From: an uncultured Myxococcales bacterium
Lineage (GTDB): Bacteria > Myxococcota_A > Polyangia > Fen-1088
Direction: 5' to 3'
Length of the DNA: 64,000 nucleotides
Assembly (NCBI GenBank): GCA_964546845.1
Contig: CAZJMY010000792.1
Span: 83,092-147,091, forward strand
Shown here: positions 35,474-43,253 of the stretch, in pieces
Layout of the letters: each line of letters opens with the position of its first letter
Numbering within the stretch: position 1 is the stretch's first letter
The notes under the pieces: model-generated
Database searches by the model: none
Seen by the model: the letters and a program-made list of their open reading frames with translations, nothing else
What the model was told of the DNA's origin: nothing
Translations under genes and position numbers: made by a program

Positions 35474-37093
35474 ATGTCACGCCGCGGCCTGACCGTGATC
35501 GGCTTCCTGGGATCGACCCTGGACCAGGGAAAGCGGGGGCCCGCCCGGTGGGAGCGGTGGCGGCCGACCGTCTCCCTTTGCCAGCACCAGGACCTACTGG
35601 TCGACCGGCTCGTTCTGCTCCACGGCTCCCGATTCGAGGGCCTGGCCAAGGCTGTCGCGGTCGACGTCGCGCAGGTTTCACCCGAGACGGTCGTGCAGCT
35701 CGAGGTCATGGAGATCTCCGACCCGTGGGACCTGGAAGAGACCTACGGCGCACTCCGCGATTTCGCGAAGCGGTATCCGTTCGATCCCTCCCGCGAGGAC
35801 TACCTGGCTCACATCACCACGGGAACGCATATCGCGCAGATCTCGCTGTTTCTTCTCGTCGAGTCGCGACACATCCCGGGGCGTCTGGTTCAGACGTCGC
35901 CGCCGCCCAACCCGGACGGGAACGCCTCCGGCTCCTACACCATCATCGACCTCGATCTCTCCCGCTACGACAGCATCGCGCGACGCTTCCAGAAGGAACG
36001 CACCGAGGGGCTGTCTTTTCTAAAGGCAGGCATCGACACAAAGAATGCAGCCTACAACCGCCTGATCGAGCGCGTCGAGCAGGTCGCGATCGCATCGCGG
36101 GATCCAGTGCTGCTCTGCGGACCGACGGGGTCGGGCAAGTCACAGCTTGCCCGGCGGATCTACGAGCTCAAGAAGACGCGCAGGCAGGTGGCCGGCGAGC
36201 TCGTCGAGGTCAACTGCGCGACCCTGCGCGGAGACGCCGCGATGTCGACGTTGTTTGGCCACGTCCGCGGTGCCTACACCGGGGCAGCCGAGGCGCGCGG
36301 CGGGATGCTGCGCAAGGCCGACAAGGGCGTGCTGTTCCTCGACGAAATCGGCGAGCTGGGGCTGGACGAGCAGGCGATGCTCCTGCGGGCCATCGAGGAC
36401 AAGACCTTCTTCCCGGTCGGCTCCGACAAGGAGGTCCAGAGCGACTTTCAGCTCATTGCCGGGACCAACCGGGATCTTGCTGAACGTGTTGCGGGCGGCC
36501 GATTCCGGGAGGACCTGCTTGCGCGCATCAATCTGTGGACTTTCGTGCTTCCAGGTCTTCGTGACCGCCCCGAGGACATCGAGCCGAACCTCGACTTCGA
36601 GCTCGAGCGCGCCGGCGACGACTTGAAGCACCGCCTCACCATGAGCCGTGAGGCACGCGAGCGCTATCTGCACTTCGCCCGTTCGGCGGAAGCGCTCTGG
36701 AGCGGGAACTTCCGCGACTTCGGTGCGTCGCTGCGCCGGATGGCGACACTCTGCGACGGTGGCCGCATCAGTGTCTCCGAGGTCGACGACGAGGTAGAAC
36801 GACTGCGTACCCACTGGCGCGCTGAGCGCGGGCCGGTCAGAGACCTGCCCGATTCAGACGAGACCCTCGACCATTTGCTAGACGCCAGGCGCCTCTCTAC
36901 CCTCGATCGTTTCGACCGCATCCAGCTGGAGGAAGTCGTCCGCGTCTGCCGGCACGCGCGCTCACTGTCCGAAGCAGGCCGCGTCCTGTTCGCGGCGTCG
37001 CGCGCGGCGCGCGCCACGACGAACGATGCCGATCGCCTGCGCAAGTACCTGGCGAAGTACGGCCTCACGCTGCAAGCGATCCAGGCCGAATGA
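35474..37093 (+). CDS. rtcR: RtcR-type sigma-54-dependent transcriptional activator (CARF-like N-terminal domain + AAA+ + C-terminal HTH)
   Basis: The N-terminus 'GFLGSTLDQGKRGPARWERWRPTVSLCQHQDLLVDRLVLLH...HITTGTHIAQISLFLLVESRHIPGRLVQTSPP' is collinear with E. coli RtcR. The AAA+ Walker A is 'LLCGPTGSGKSQLA'. 'GAYTGA' is the sigma-54 contact loop, and 'LFLDEIGEL' is Walker B. Confidence 0.9.
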   Translation: MSRRGLTVIGFLGSTLDQGKRGPARWERWRPTVSLCQHQDLLVDRLVLLHGSRFEGLAKAVAVDVAQVSPETVVQLEVMEISDPWDLEETYGALRDFAKRYPFDPSREDYLAHITTGTHIAQISLFLLVESRHIPGRLVQTSPPPNPDGNASGSYTIIDLDLSRYDSIARRFQKERTEGLSFLKAGIDTKNAAYNRLIERVEQVAIASRDPVLLCGPTGSGKSQLARRIYELKKTRRQVAGELVEVNCATLRGDAAMSTLFGHVRGAYTGAAEARGGMLRKADKGVLFLDEIGELGLDEQAMLLRAIEDKTFFPVGSDKEVQSDFQLIAGTNRDLAERVAGGRFREDLLARINLWTFVLPGLRDRPEDIEPNLDFELERAGDDLKHRLTMSREARERYLHFARSAEALWSGNFRDFGASLRRMATLCDGGRISVSEVDDEVERLRTHWRAERGPVRDLPDSDETLDHLLDARRLSTLDRFDRIQLEEVVRVCRHARSLSEAGRVLFAASRAARATTNDADRLRKYLAKYGLTLQAIQAE

Positions 37094-37161
37094 CGACGAT
37101 CCAGATCTGGGATGGGCACCGCGTCCGCCCGTCCGCGCGCACGCTGCCCCCTCTCCCTCCC

Positions 37162-37631
37162 AAAACCGGGGACACCGGGGCCAGCGGGGACAAATCGGAT
37201 CTATCTCCTCGACATCGTGGGTGATCTCCCTGTCTCCGGTTCTTCCGAAGACAGGGGAAGACCGGGGCCACCCACGGAACAAAACCGGGGACAGGTTGGG
37301 CGCTTCCATCACGAGCCTGGCTCGAAGATCGTCACGAAACGATCGCTCCCGCGCGGAGGTTTCAGGCTCGTCCCGTCGCTCGATGACTGACCCTCGCGTT
37401 CGTCGCTCTTCCCGTTCGGCCCTTTCGCAGCGGCCGCCCGAAGCCGTGACCGATCTCTCCGCGCACGCCGGATCGCGGCTGACGCGATGGTTCGGTCCGC
37501 GCGATCCGGCTGTCTCCGGTTCTTGTCTCCGGTTTCGCGCGAGACCGGGTCCACAGCGGCTCCGCCATTCATGCTGAGGTTTCCGCGAGTTAGCGAGCCC
37601 CGGGTCCGGTGTCCCCGGTGGCCCCGGTTTC
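37162..37631. repeat. Cluster of at least 7 copies (both orientations) of a CCGG-centred 13-bp motif (TGTCYCCGGTTYT / ARAACCGGRGACA) in an 880-bp non-coding gap
   Basis: Forward copies: AAAACCGGGGACA at 37162 and 37281 (identical 14-mers including the preceding C). Reverse copies: CTGTCTCCGGTTCTT at 37230 and 37510 (identical 15-mers), TGTCTCCGGTTTC at 37524, TGTCCCCGGTG at 37610 and TGGCCCCGGTTTC at 37619. Weaker relatives lie at 37184, 37257 and 37541. Confidence 0.7.
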
Positions 37632-37975
37632 CCGGGGAGGGGTACCCTCCGGGTATTTCCGCGCGGCCCGAACCTCGGACGGGACACTCCGACGAACGAG
37701 GGTGGGTGGCCCCGAAGCCCATGTTCGGGAGGTCCGACGGCGCTGGGGATCGCTCTCGCGCGTTCGAGCCAAGGCGCCCTTGGAAAGCACGCACATCCGT
37801 GATTTCTAACCAGTTTCCGCACGCCGATGGTACCTTTGAGATGTGCGTTGTCGTGGGGTGGGGAGGAAGAGATTTTGACGCAGCTCGATGGCGTGACCAA
37901 CCTAGTGGTCCTTACGAATCTGACCGTGCTAGGAATCGGGCCGCTGCTGCAGTGGTTCCACGAGCCAGAGCGCCA

Positions 37976-38716
37976 ATGGTAGAGGAGACGCACCCGCATC
38001 TCGATCGCGCGCCGATTACCGAGGCGATCCTCGACATTAAGGTCGAGGCGGACGCGAAGCTCGACGTAACTGAGACCTTCGCCAAGCAGGTAGCGGCTTC
38101 GTATCCCGACTCGTCGCCCGTTCACGCGATAGAGGCTTTCTTTTCTGTCACTCCTGGACAATCCGGCGTTTCGGGAAGCCAGAGCGAGGTAATCGGCAGG
38201 ATCTGCTGGAACGCCGACAAGACGCGCGCCGTTCAAGCCCGAACGAACGGCTTCACGGTCAACCACATCAAGCATTACGAGTCCTGGACCGTCCTCCGCG
38301 CGCAGGCCCAACCGCTCTGGGAGCAGTACATCGCGCTCGTCAAGCCCAAGAAGGTGACCCGGCTTGCTCTGCGGTACATCAACAGACTCACTTTGCCGGC
38401 TTCGGGCGACTTGGGCGACCACATGCTCACGCATCCACGGCTAGGTCCGTCGCTCCCGAACGAGATGCGGAACTTCTTGATGCGGGTCGAGGTCCCTTTC
38501 ACCGCCAATCGGGTTGCCATTCTCACGGAGACGGTCGTCCCACCACAGCCTGGCGCCGACGAGCGCGATCTCATCCTCGACGTGGACGCGGTCTCCTTGA
38601 GGGAATTCGACGCCAGCGACCCGCAGCTCTGGCATGAGCTCGATGAGCTTCGAGTCATCAAGAATAAGTGCTTTTTCGGATCGCTTCAGGATTCGACTTG
38701 GAGGAGGTACCAATGA
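37976..38716 (+). CDS. TIGR04255-family-like conserved hypothetical protein (246 aa)
   Basis: Start moved to the ATG at 37976 ('MVEETHPHLDRAPITEAILDIKVE...'). 'LALRYINRL' and 'LILDVDA' match my recollection of that family's pattern. The upstream 163 codons in the track lie in the repeat-rich gap and were rejected. Confidence 0.6.
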   Translation: MVEETHPHLDRAPITEAILDIKVEADAKLDVTETFAKQVAASYPDSSPVHAIEAFFSVTPGQSGVSGSQSEVIGRICWNADKTRAVQARTNGFTVNHIKHYESWTVLRAQAQPLWEQYIALVKPKKVTRLALRYINRLTLPASGDLGDHMLTHPRLGPSLPNEMRNFLMRVEVPFTANRVAILTETVVPPQPGADERDLILDVDAVSLREFDASDPQLWHELDELRVIKNKCFFGSLQDSTWRRYQ

Positions 38717-39228
38717 CGGTAGCTTCGGCCCAGATAACCCCGTTCGTGTTGAGCGACTCCTTCGGTGCAGGTAGGAGCGACGATGCCAAGACGATTCGTG
38801 AGGCTCAGGGGAACTCGTTCCTCGATCTCCAGCGTGGCCGCGCCCTCCCTCCGTATCTGACGTTGCTGTCACCCGAGGCACGCGTGGCCGTCGATGCCAG
38901 ATGGTCGGATTTGAGCGAGGCGATGTTCGAGTTCCTGGCAGCGAACTATCCGAGCGAGCTGCTCAAGCTCGTCTCCAGCGATCTCCTCTCGCCCCCGGCG
39001 AGGACCTTCGCTGCCGAGATCGCCGGGAGCACTTCGCTCGGCCCGGCAGTTCGCACGGCACTGCTCCCGTTGCTCGATCACGCGAGCCCGCTCGTGCGGG
39101 AGGGTGCGATCTACGGCCTTCGAAAGCACGCCGATGAGGCAGTGATCAAGAAGCTGAAAGGGTTGGCCGCGAGTGATCCCAGCCCGGCTATCCGTCAGGC
39201 TGCGCATGACACCCTCGACGACCTGTGA
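38713..39228 (+). CDS. HEAT-repeat protein (171 aa)
   Basis: The ATG at 38713 overlaps the upstream TGA (ATGA) and follows GGAGG. The C-terminal 'LLPLLDHASPLVREGAIYGLRKHADEAVIKKLKGLAASDPSPAIRQAAHDTL' is a HEAT/PBS-lyase-type repeat. Confidence 0.65.
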   Translation: MTVASAQITPFVLSDSFGAGRSDDAKTIREAQGNSFLDLQRGRALPPYLTLLSPEARVAVDARWSDLSEAMFEFLAANYPSELLKLVSSDLLSPPARTFAAEIAGSTSLGPAVRTALLPLLDHASPLVREGAIYGLRKHADEAVIKKLKGLAASDPSPAIRQAAHDTLDDL

Positions 39229-39716
39229 ACAAGCCGCTGATCCGCTTCGCGCGCCGCCTATCGAGCTGGGAGGCTGAGACAGGCGACGACGACCTGGTGA
39301 AGACGGAGTTCTGGGATCGAAATCGCGGTCAACCTGACCTTCGCCCATCGGTGTACGAGATCGACGCGAGCGAGGTTATCCGGGCGTTTGCCGAACACGC
39401 GACCGCGTTCAACCCACCCGGAAGCGCGGGGGGCGTTGACCTCGGAGGTATGGGACGTCCGGTCGATACGACGCCCGGAGAAACGGGGTTCTCATTCACG
39501 ATGGAGTCGCATCGCGAGTTGGTCCTCACAGACAAAGAAGACTTGCTCGCGCTCGTCCGGCAGGTGCGCGGCTCCCTAGCCGAGCGGATCCACCGGGTGT
39601 CCAAAGCCCAGGTGCGCGATTACGCTCGGGCGCGCCTGTTGTCCGGGGACGAGGAGTGGGAGCGCGCCAAGGGTGCCGCGGACGCCCAGGAATGGCTGGT
39701 TAAGATCAACTTGTAG
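39225..39716 (+). CDS. Hypothetical protein (163 aa)
   Basis: The GTG start overlaps the upstream TGA (GTGA). No recognised motif. Confidence 0.5.
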   Translation: MNKPLIRFARRLSSWEAETGDDDLVKTEFWDRNRGQPDLRPSVYEIDASEVIRAFAEHATAFNPPGSAGGVDLGGMGRPVDTTPGETGFSFTMESHRELVLTDKEDLLALVRQVRGSLAERIHRVSKAQVRDYARARLLSGDEEWERAKGAADAQEWLVKINL

Positions 39717-39860
39717 CGCTCGGTCTCTTGCGGACCTCCTCTTAGGAATTCCGAAGAGTTCGAAGCGACGGAGAAACGCAAGCGCGCGTGCAGCCTGGTC
39801 GTGCACATTTCCTCTGCCTCGTGGACCGCTTGAGCGATCGAGCTTCGCGCAGTGAACTTG

Positions 39861-40901
39861 TTAGGCGACGGGCGTCGGAAGGCAGGAGGCGAACGCCTTG
39901 AACGACTCGAACTCGATGACCGATGTCTTCGTGTCGGTAGCGTGCTTGAGCAAGTCAAGGAGTTTGCGGCGACAGCTGCTGTCCGGATTCACAATCACTA
40001 GATGTTTCAGCTTTTCATTTGTTTCTGCTGGCGCCACGGCTAGCAGTGACTGACTCAAGAGGTCTGTGTCCGGCGCGGAGTACCCGACGATTACCAAGGC
40101 GTAGCTGTCGCGCAGGGCTTTCCGTGCATTCTTCCAGATTCCCTCAAGTATCGGATCGCCGGCGATTCTCTTATCCCAAACGGGTGGAATGATCTCACCC
40201 GGAGCCCGCCGTTCGGAGTGGTAAGGGTCGTCTCGGAGACGGACAGCATCTTTCTTCGATCTGTCCCAGTTCAAGGACCCGTGCAGCTTAAGTAACGCTA
40301 TCGAGTTCTTCGCCGTCGCACCTTTGCCGGAGTGATCGTGCCACAGTGCTGCGCCGTCCGTCAGCTCGAAGCCGTAACCGCGGGCTGCGTCCCAGCTCTT
40401 GCCGCCGCCGACCTTCAGGGCACTGTCGATCGTGCAGTCATAGTTGAACGATATGATCGTGTCGGTCGTCTGTAGCCGATCAACCAGTGCGAGGTGATGC
40501 GCACACGGATCTGCCGTATTGGCGACAAACTTCTCGAGACAACCAAACGTGGCAGCAATGGCGGCAGTAAACTGGGCGAGCTGAACGCCGTAGCTCTTGA
40601 GGCGTGGCCCCTTGTCGATCTTTAGTGTTCCATAAAAGTCGTCGAGCGCCTCTATGGTCGTGAAGACCTTTTCCATAGGCGGTAGCTGACCCGCACCATA
40701 TTCGTAGCGAACGAACCGAAGCAGTCCTTCGAGATAGCCGGTGGTATCGAGCGACCGTAGCTTCTCAACCTGATTGAAGAAGTCGCCGTCCAGCGGCGGA
40801 GCACACCACGCTCCTTCAAAGCGGGAGCTCCCGCGCGTCGCACCAGCACCAAGGACGACTGTTGTCCTTTTGTTCTTGATGCCCAGCCTATGACAATACA
40901 A
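39861..40901 (-). CDS. SIR2-like (SIR2_2 family) protein, candidate NAD+-consuming defence effector
   Basis: 'TTVVLGAGATRGS' is the Rossmann entry. 'IISFNYDCTIDSAL' and 'ALLKLHGSLNW' follow, in the motif order of the SIR2_2 domain. The gene looks less GC-rich than its neighbours. Confidence 0.7.
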   Translation of the reverse strand: MYCHRLGIKNKRTTVVLGAGATRGSSRFEGAWCAPPLDGDFFNQVEKLRSLDTTGYLEGLLRFVRYEYGAGQLPPMEKVFTTIEALDDFYGTLKIDKGPRLKSYGVQLAQFTAAIAATFGCLEKFVANTADPCAHHLALVDRLQTTDTIISFNYDCTIDSALKVGGGKSWDAARGYGFELTDGAALWHDHSGKGATAKNSIALLKLHGSLNWDRSKKDAVRLRDDPYHSERRAPGEIIPPVWDKRIAGDPILEGIWKNARKALRDSYALVIVGYSAPDTDLLSQSLLAVAPAETNEKLKHLVIVNPDSSCRRKLLDLLKHATDTKTSVIEFESFKAFASCLPTPVA

Positions 40902-41088
40902 CGCCGCTCTCCGTCCGTCGGCTGCCGCACCTCACATAACTCATCGACTCCGGAAAGGAGGGTTCCATACCCGTGCTCGGGCCGTCAAGACGGCCTTCGC
41001 CGACTGGTTGGGCGCCGAGGCCGAGGCGCCGAACGGGACCTGCGTGCGGCGGAGGATCCGGCGCACGCATCTTGGTTAGAATCCGGCC

Positions 41089-41814
41089 ATGCCGTTCCTC
41101 TTCCCCAGCGTCGGTTCCCGAGAGGACCAGGAACTCGACTTTAAGGTCGTCTTGGATCAATCGAGTGGCAAGCCCGACCACCTGGAGTTGGCCAAGGACA
41201 TCGCTGCGTTCGCCAACGCGTACGGGGGCACGATCATCGTGGGTGCAAGCGAGAAGCCGAAGGGTGTTCTCTTCGAGCTTAGGGGCCTGTCCCACCAGGA
41301 CGCCGCCTTCGCCTGCGACCAATACGCTATGGCTCAGGCTCAGCGCATCCGACCGTCCACAATTGTCACGACGTCGGTCGAAGAAGAAGGCGGCAGGTTC
41401 TTCGCTGTCATCCGAATAGAACCCTCGATGGGTCAGGCTATCGGCGTTCGGTTCAAACCGCGAGAAGAGACCGACCCGAGTGAGACTAAACAGCCGCCAG
41501 AGATCTACGGCTTCCCCCTGCGCGTGGGGGACAACACCGCTTGGCTGCAACCGGAGCAACTACCCATGCTGATGATCCCCCAGCTGCGCAGAACGATCGT
41601 GTTGTTGCGGGCCGCCATAGGCCAACAGATTTCCGGTCAGAGACTATCCAACCACAGCAGCTTGCCCCAAGGGATCGGCCCGGCTCGCGTCCTCGCAGTC
41701 GATGAGCCATCAAATCTCCTCGTCCTTGAAGGGAATCCTGGCGTGCCGCTCGATCAGATCCGGTCCGTCTGGCACGCTCAAGACGGATGGCATCTTCACT
41801 GGGTCATCGACTAA
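41089..41814 (+). CDS. AlbA_2 / Schlafen-like 'divergent AAA' DNA-binding domain protein
   Basis: 'REDQELDFKVVL...HLELAKDIAAFANAYGGTIIVGASEK' matches the characteristic ExxFK ... AFAN..GG.I..G signature of the AlbA_2 domain. Confidence 0.65.
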   Translation: MPFLFPSVGSREDQELDFKVVLDQSSGKPDHLELAKDIAAFANAYGGTIIVGASEKPKGVLFELRGLSHQDAAFACDQYAMAQAQRIRPSTIVTTSVEEEGGRFFAVIRIEPSMGQAIGVRFKPREETDPSETKQPPEIYGFPLRVGDNTAWLQPEQLPMLMIPQLRRTIVLLRAAIGQQISGQRLSNHSSLPQGIGPARVLAVDEPSNLLVLEGNPGVPLDQIRSVWHAQDGWHLHWVID

Positions 41815-42099
41815 CAGTGTGAGCGCCGCAGCCCGGGGCACGTGCGCATGAGGGCCGACCGGGGCCATCACCCCATCACCCGTGCGAAAGCGCCACCCTA
41901 GCCGCCACGTCGCGAAGCAGGGCCCGCGCCTCGGCCACGTCGCCCCGGTCGAGGGCCTCGATCACGTGCGCGACGAGGGCACTTACACTCTGACACGCCG
42001 GGTCCGCTCCAGACCGCTCCGGTCCGTCCGCCACCGCCGCAAGTCCGCGATTCTCCGCGACCTGTCCGTCGCTGTCCGGCGCCGTCCCAGCGTGTCCCT

Positions 42100-42135
42100 C
42101 CGGAGGCCGCACCTTCAAGTCCCGTCCACCCCGCA
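42100..42135 (+). repeat. att-type direct repeat, copy B (degenerate; T-stem no longer pairs)
   Basis: The sequence is CCGGAGCCGC... in full CCGGAGGCCGCACCTTCAAGTCCCGTCCACCCCGCA. It is 33/36 identical to 21415-21450, and the three differences (GGG to ACC) destroy the T-stem. Confidence 0.75.
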
Positions 42136-42389
42136 GATATCGTTGTGATTCCTGGGTCCGCCTCGAAGGCGACCCACCTCCGTAACCCCATGCGTACGGG
42201 GCCGGGTGCCGACACCCTTGCGTCGGACGGCCCCGCGGTCGAGGAGCCGAGTCCCGTTGCAGCAGATGTTCCGAGGCCCTCACGCGGACAGTCTCACCAA
42301 GCTCGCGGGGAGAGGGAACCTGGGTCCCGCCACTTCTACCTGAGACGGGGGATCCGCGGGTCCGCGTGTCGATGCAGTAAGCTCATGCC

Positions 42390-42638
42390 GTGCATCGGGA
42401 CACGCGAGCCCCGGCCGTCGATCGCTATCACCAGCTCCTGCGGGCGCAGGCACCGCACGAGCGTCTGGAACAGGCGAACGCACTCAGCCAGGCTGTGAGA
42501 GAGCTCGCGGTCGCCGGCCTCAAGACGCGTCATCCAGGCGCAACGCCGGACGAGATCCGCGTGCGCCTGACGGTGCGCCTCTACGGGCGGGCCGTTGCCC
42601 AACGCCTTTTCGGACGCGTTCCCGCAGACGCAACCTGA
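42390..42638 (+). CDS. Small helical protein (82 aa), putative partner of the downstream nucleotidyltransferase
   Basis: The stop shares its last base with the downstream ATG (TGATG at 42636-42640). No motif was recognised. Confidence 0.45.
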   Translation: MHRDTRAPAVDRYHQLLRAQAPHERLEQANALSQAVRELAVAGLKTRHPGATPDEIRVRLTVRLYGRAVAQRLFGRVPADAT

Positions 42639-43240
42639 TGGCGGAGGATCGGGCGTCTCCGGATGCGATCGCGGTCGCCCTGCGGGTTGGCGAAGCCATC
42701 GAGTCCGTGAGCGGCGCTTACTTCGTCGGGGGCAGTCTGGCGAGCTCGCTGCAGGGAGAACCGCGCGCGACGAACGACATCGATCTGGTGATCGACGTGT
42801 CGGCCGCCCGGATCGCCGACCTTGTCGACGCGCTTGGGGATGATTTCGAGGTCGACGTCGACATGCTGCGCGACGCTCTGCTCAACGCCCGGCGCTGCAA
42901 CATCTTCTATCTTCCGACGGTGGTGAAGCTGGACCTGTTCGGCGTCGGTCGTTCGCCGTTCGACGCCAGCGAATTCGCCCGGCGCTCGCGGGTGCTCGTC
43001 CGGCCGCCTGCGGGAACTCTCGTGGTCAAGAGCCCGGAGGACACGGTCCTGAGAAAGCTGCTCTGGTGTGTCGAGGGGAGAAGCATCTCGGAACGGCAGT
43101 GGCGCGACGTCGTCGAAGTCCTTCGCGTGAGCGGTCCGACCATGGACCGCTCGTACCTAGAATCGTGGGCGGACCGATTGCACCTGAAGGAACTGCTCGA
43201 ACGCGCGGTTGGTGAAGCTTCCGGCGGTTCGACGGGCTGA
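42638..43240 (+). CDS. Minimal nucleotidyltransferase-fold protein (200 aa)
   Basis: 'YFVGGSLASSLQGEPRATNDIDLVID' gives the GS-x(10-11)-DxD Pol-beta NTase signature. It resembles MNT-type toxin-antitoxin components. Confidence 0.6.
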   Translation: MAEDRASPDAIAVALRVGEAIESVSGAYFVGGSLASSLQGEPRATNDIDLVIDVSAARIADLVDALGDDFEVDVDMLRDALLNARRCNIFYLPTVVKLDLFGVGRSPFDASEFARRSRVLVRPPAGTLVVKSPEDTVLRKLLWCVEGRSISERQWRDVVEVLRVSGPTMDRSYLESWADRLHLKELLERAVGEASGGSTG

Positions 43241-43253
43241 CGCGCGCGAACAC

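Larger units (their letters stand above)
21415..42135. mobile_element. Integrative genomic island (about 20.7 kb) bounded by 36-bp tRNA/tmRNA-3'-end direct repeats, with integrase and excisionase at the left end
   Basis: Direct repeats lie at 21415-21450 and 42100-42135. The integrase (21410-22681) and an Xis-like HTH sit next to repeat A. The cargo is dominated by defence or RNA-repair type genes. Confidence 0.75.

Noticed and set aside
37162-37631. CRISPR array
   Set aside because: The repeat units are only about 13 bp, occur in both orientations and have irregular spacing (from 0 to more than 200 bp). No cas genes are nearby.
36962-38434. 490-aa minus-strand ORF spanning the rtcR 3' end, the repeat-rich gap and the TIGR04255-like gene
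   Set aside because: It overlaps two well-supported plus-strand genes, has an Arg/Pro/Gly/Ser-rich composition and no motifs. The gap is better explained as non-coding repeats.
39717-39860. Rho-independent terminator between the convergent genes 39225-39716 and 39861-40901
   Set aside because: Only a weak 5-bp stem (CTCTT...AAGAG around a GGAATTCC palindrome) is present, with no T-tract. This is not convincing.
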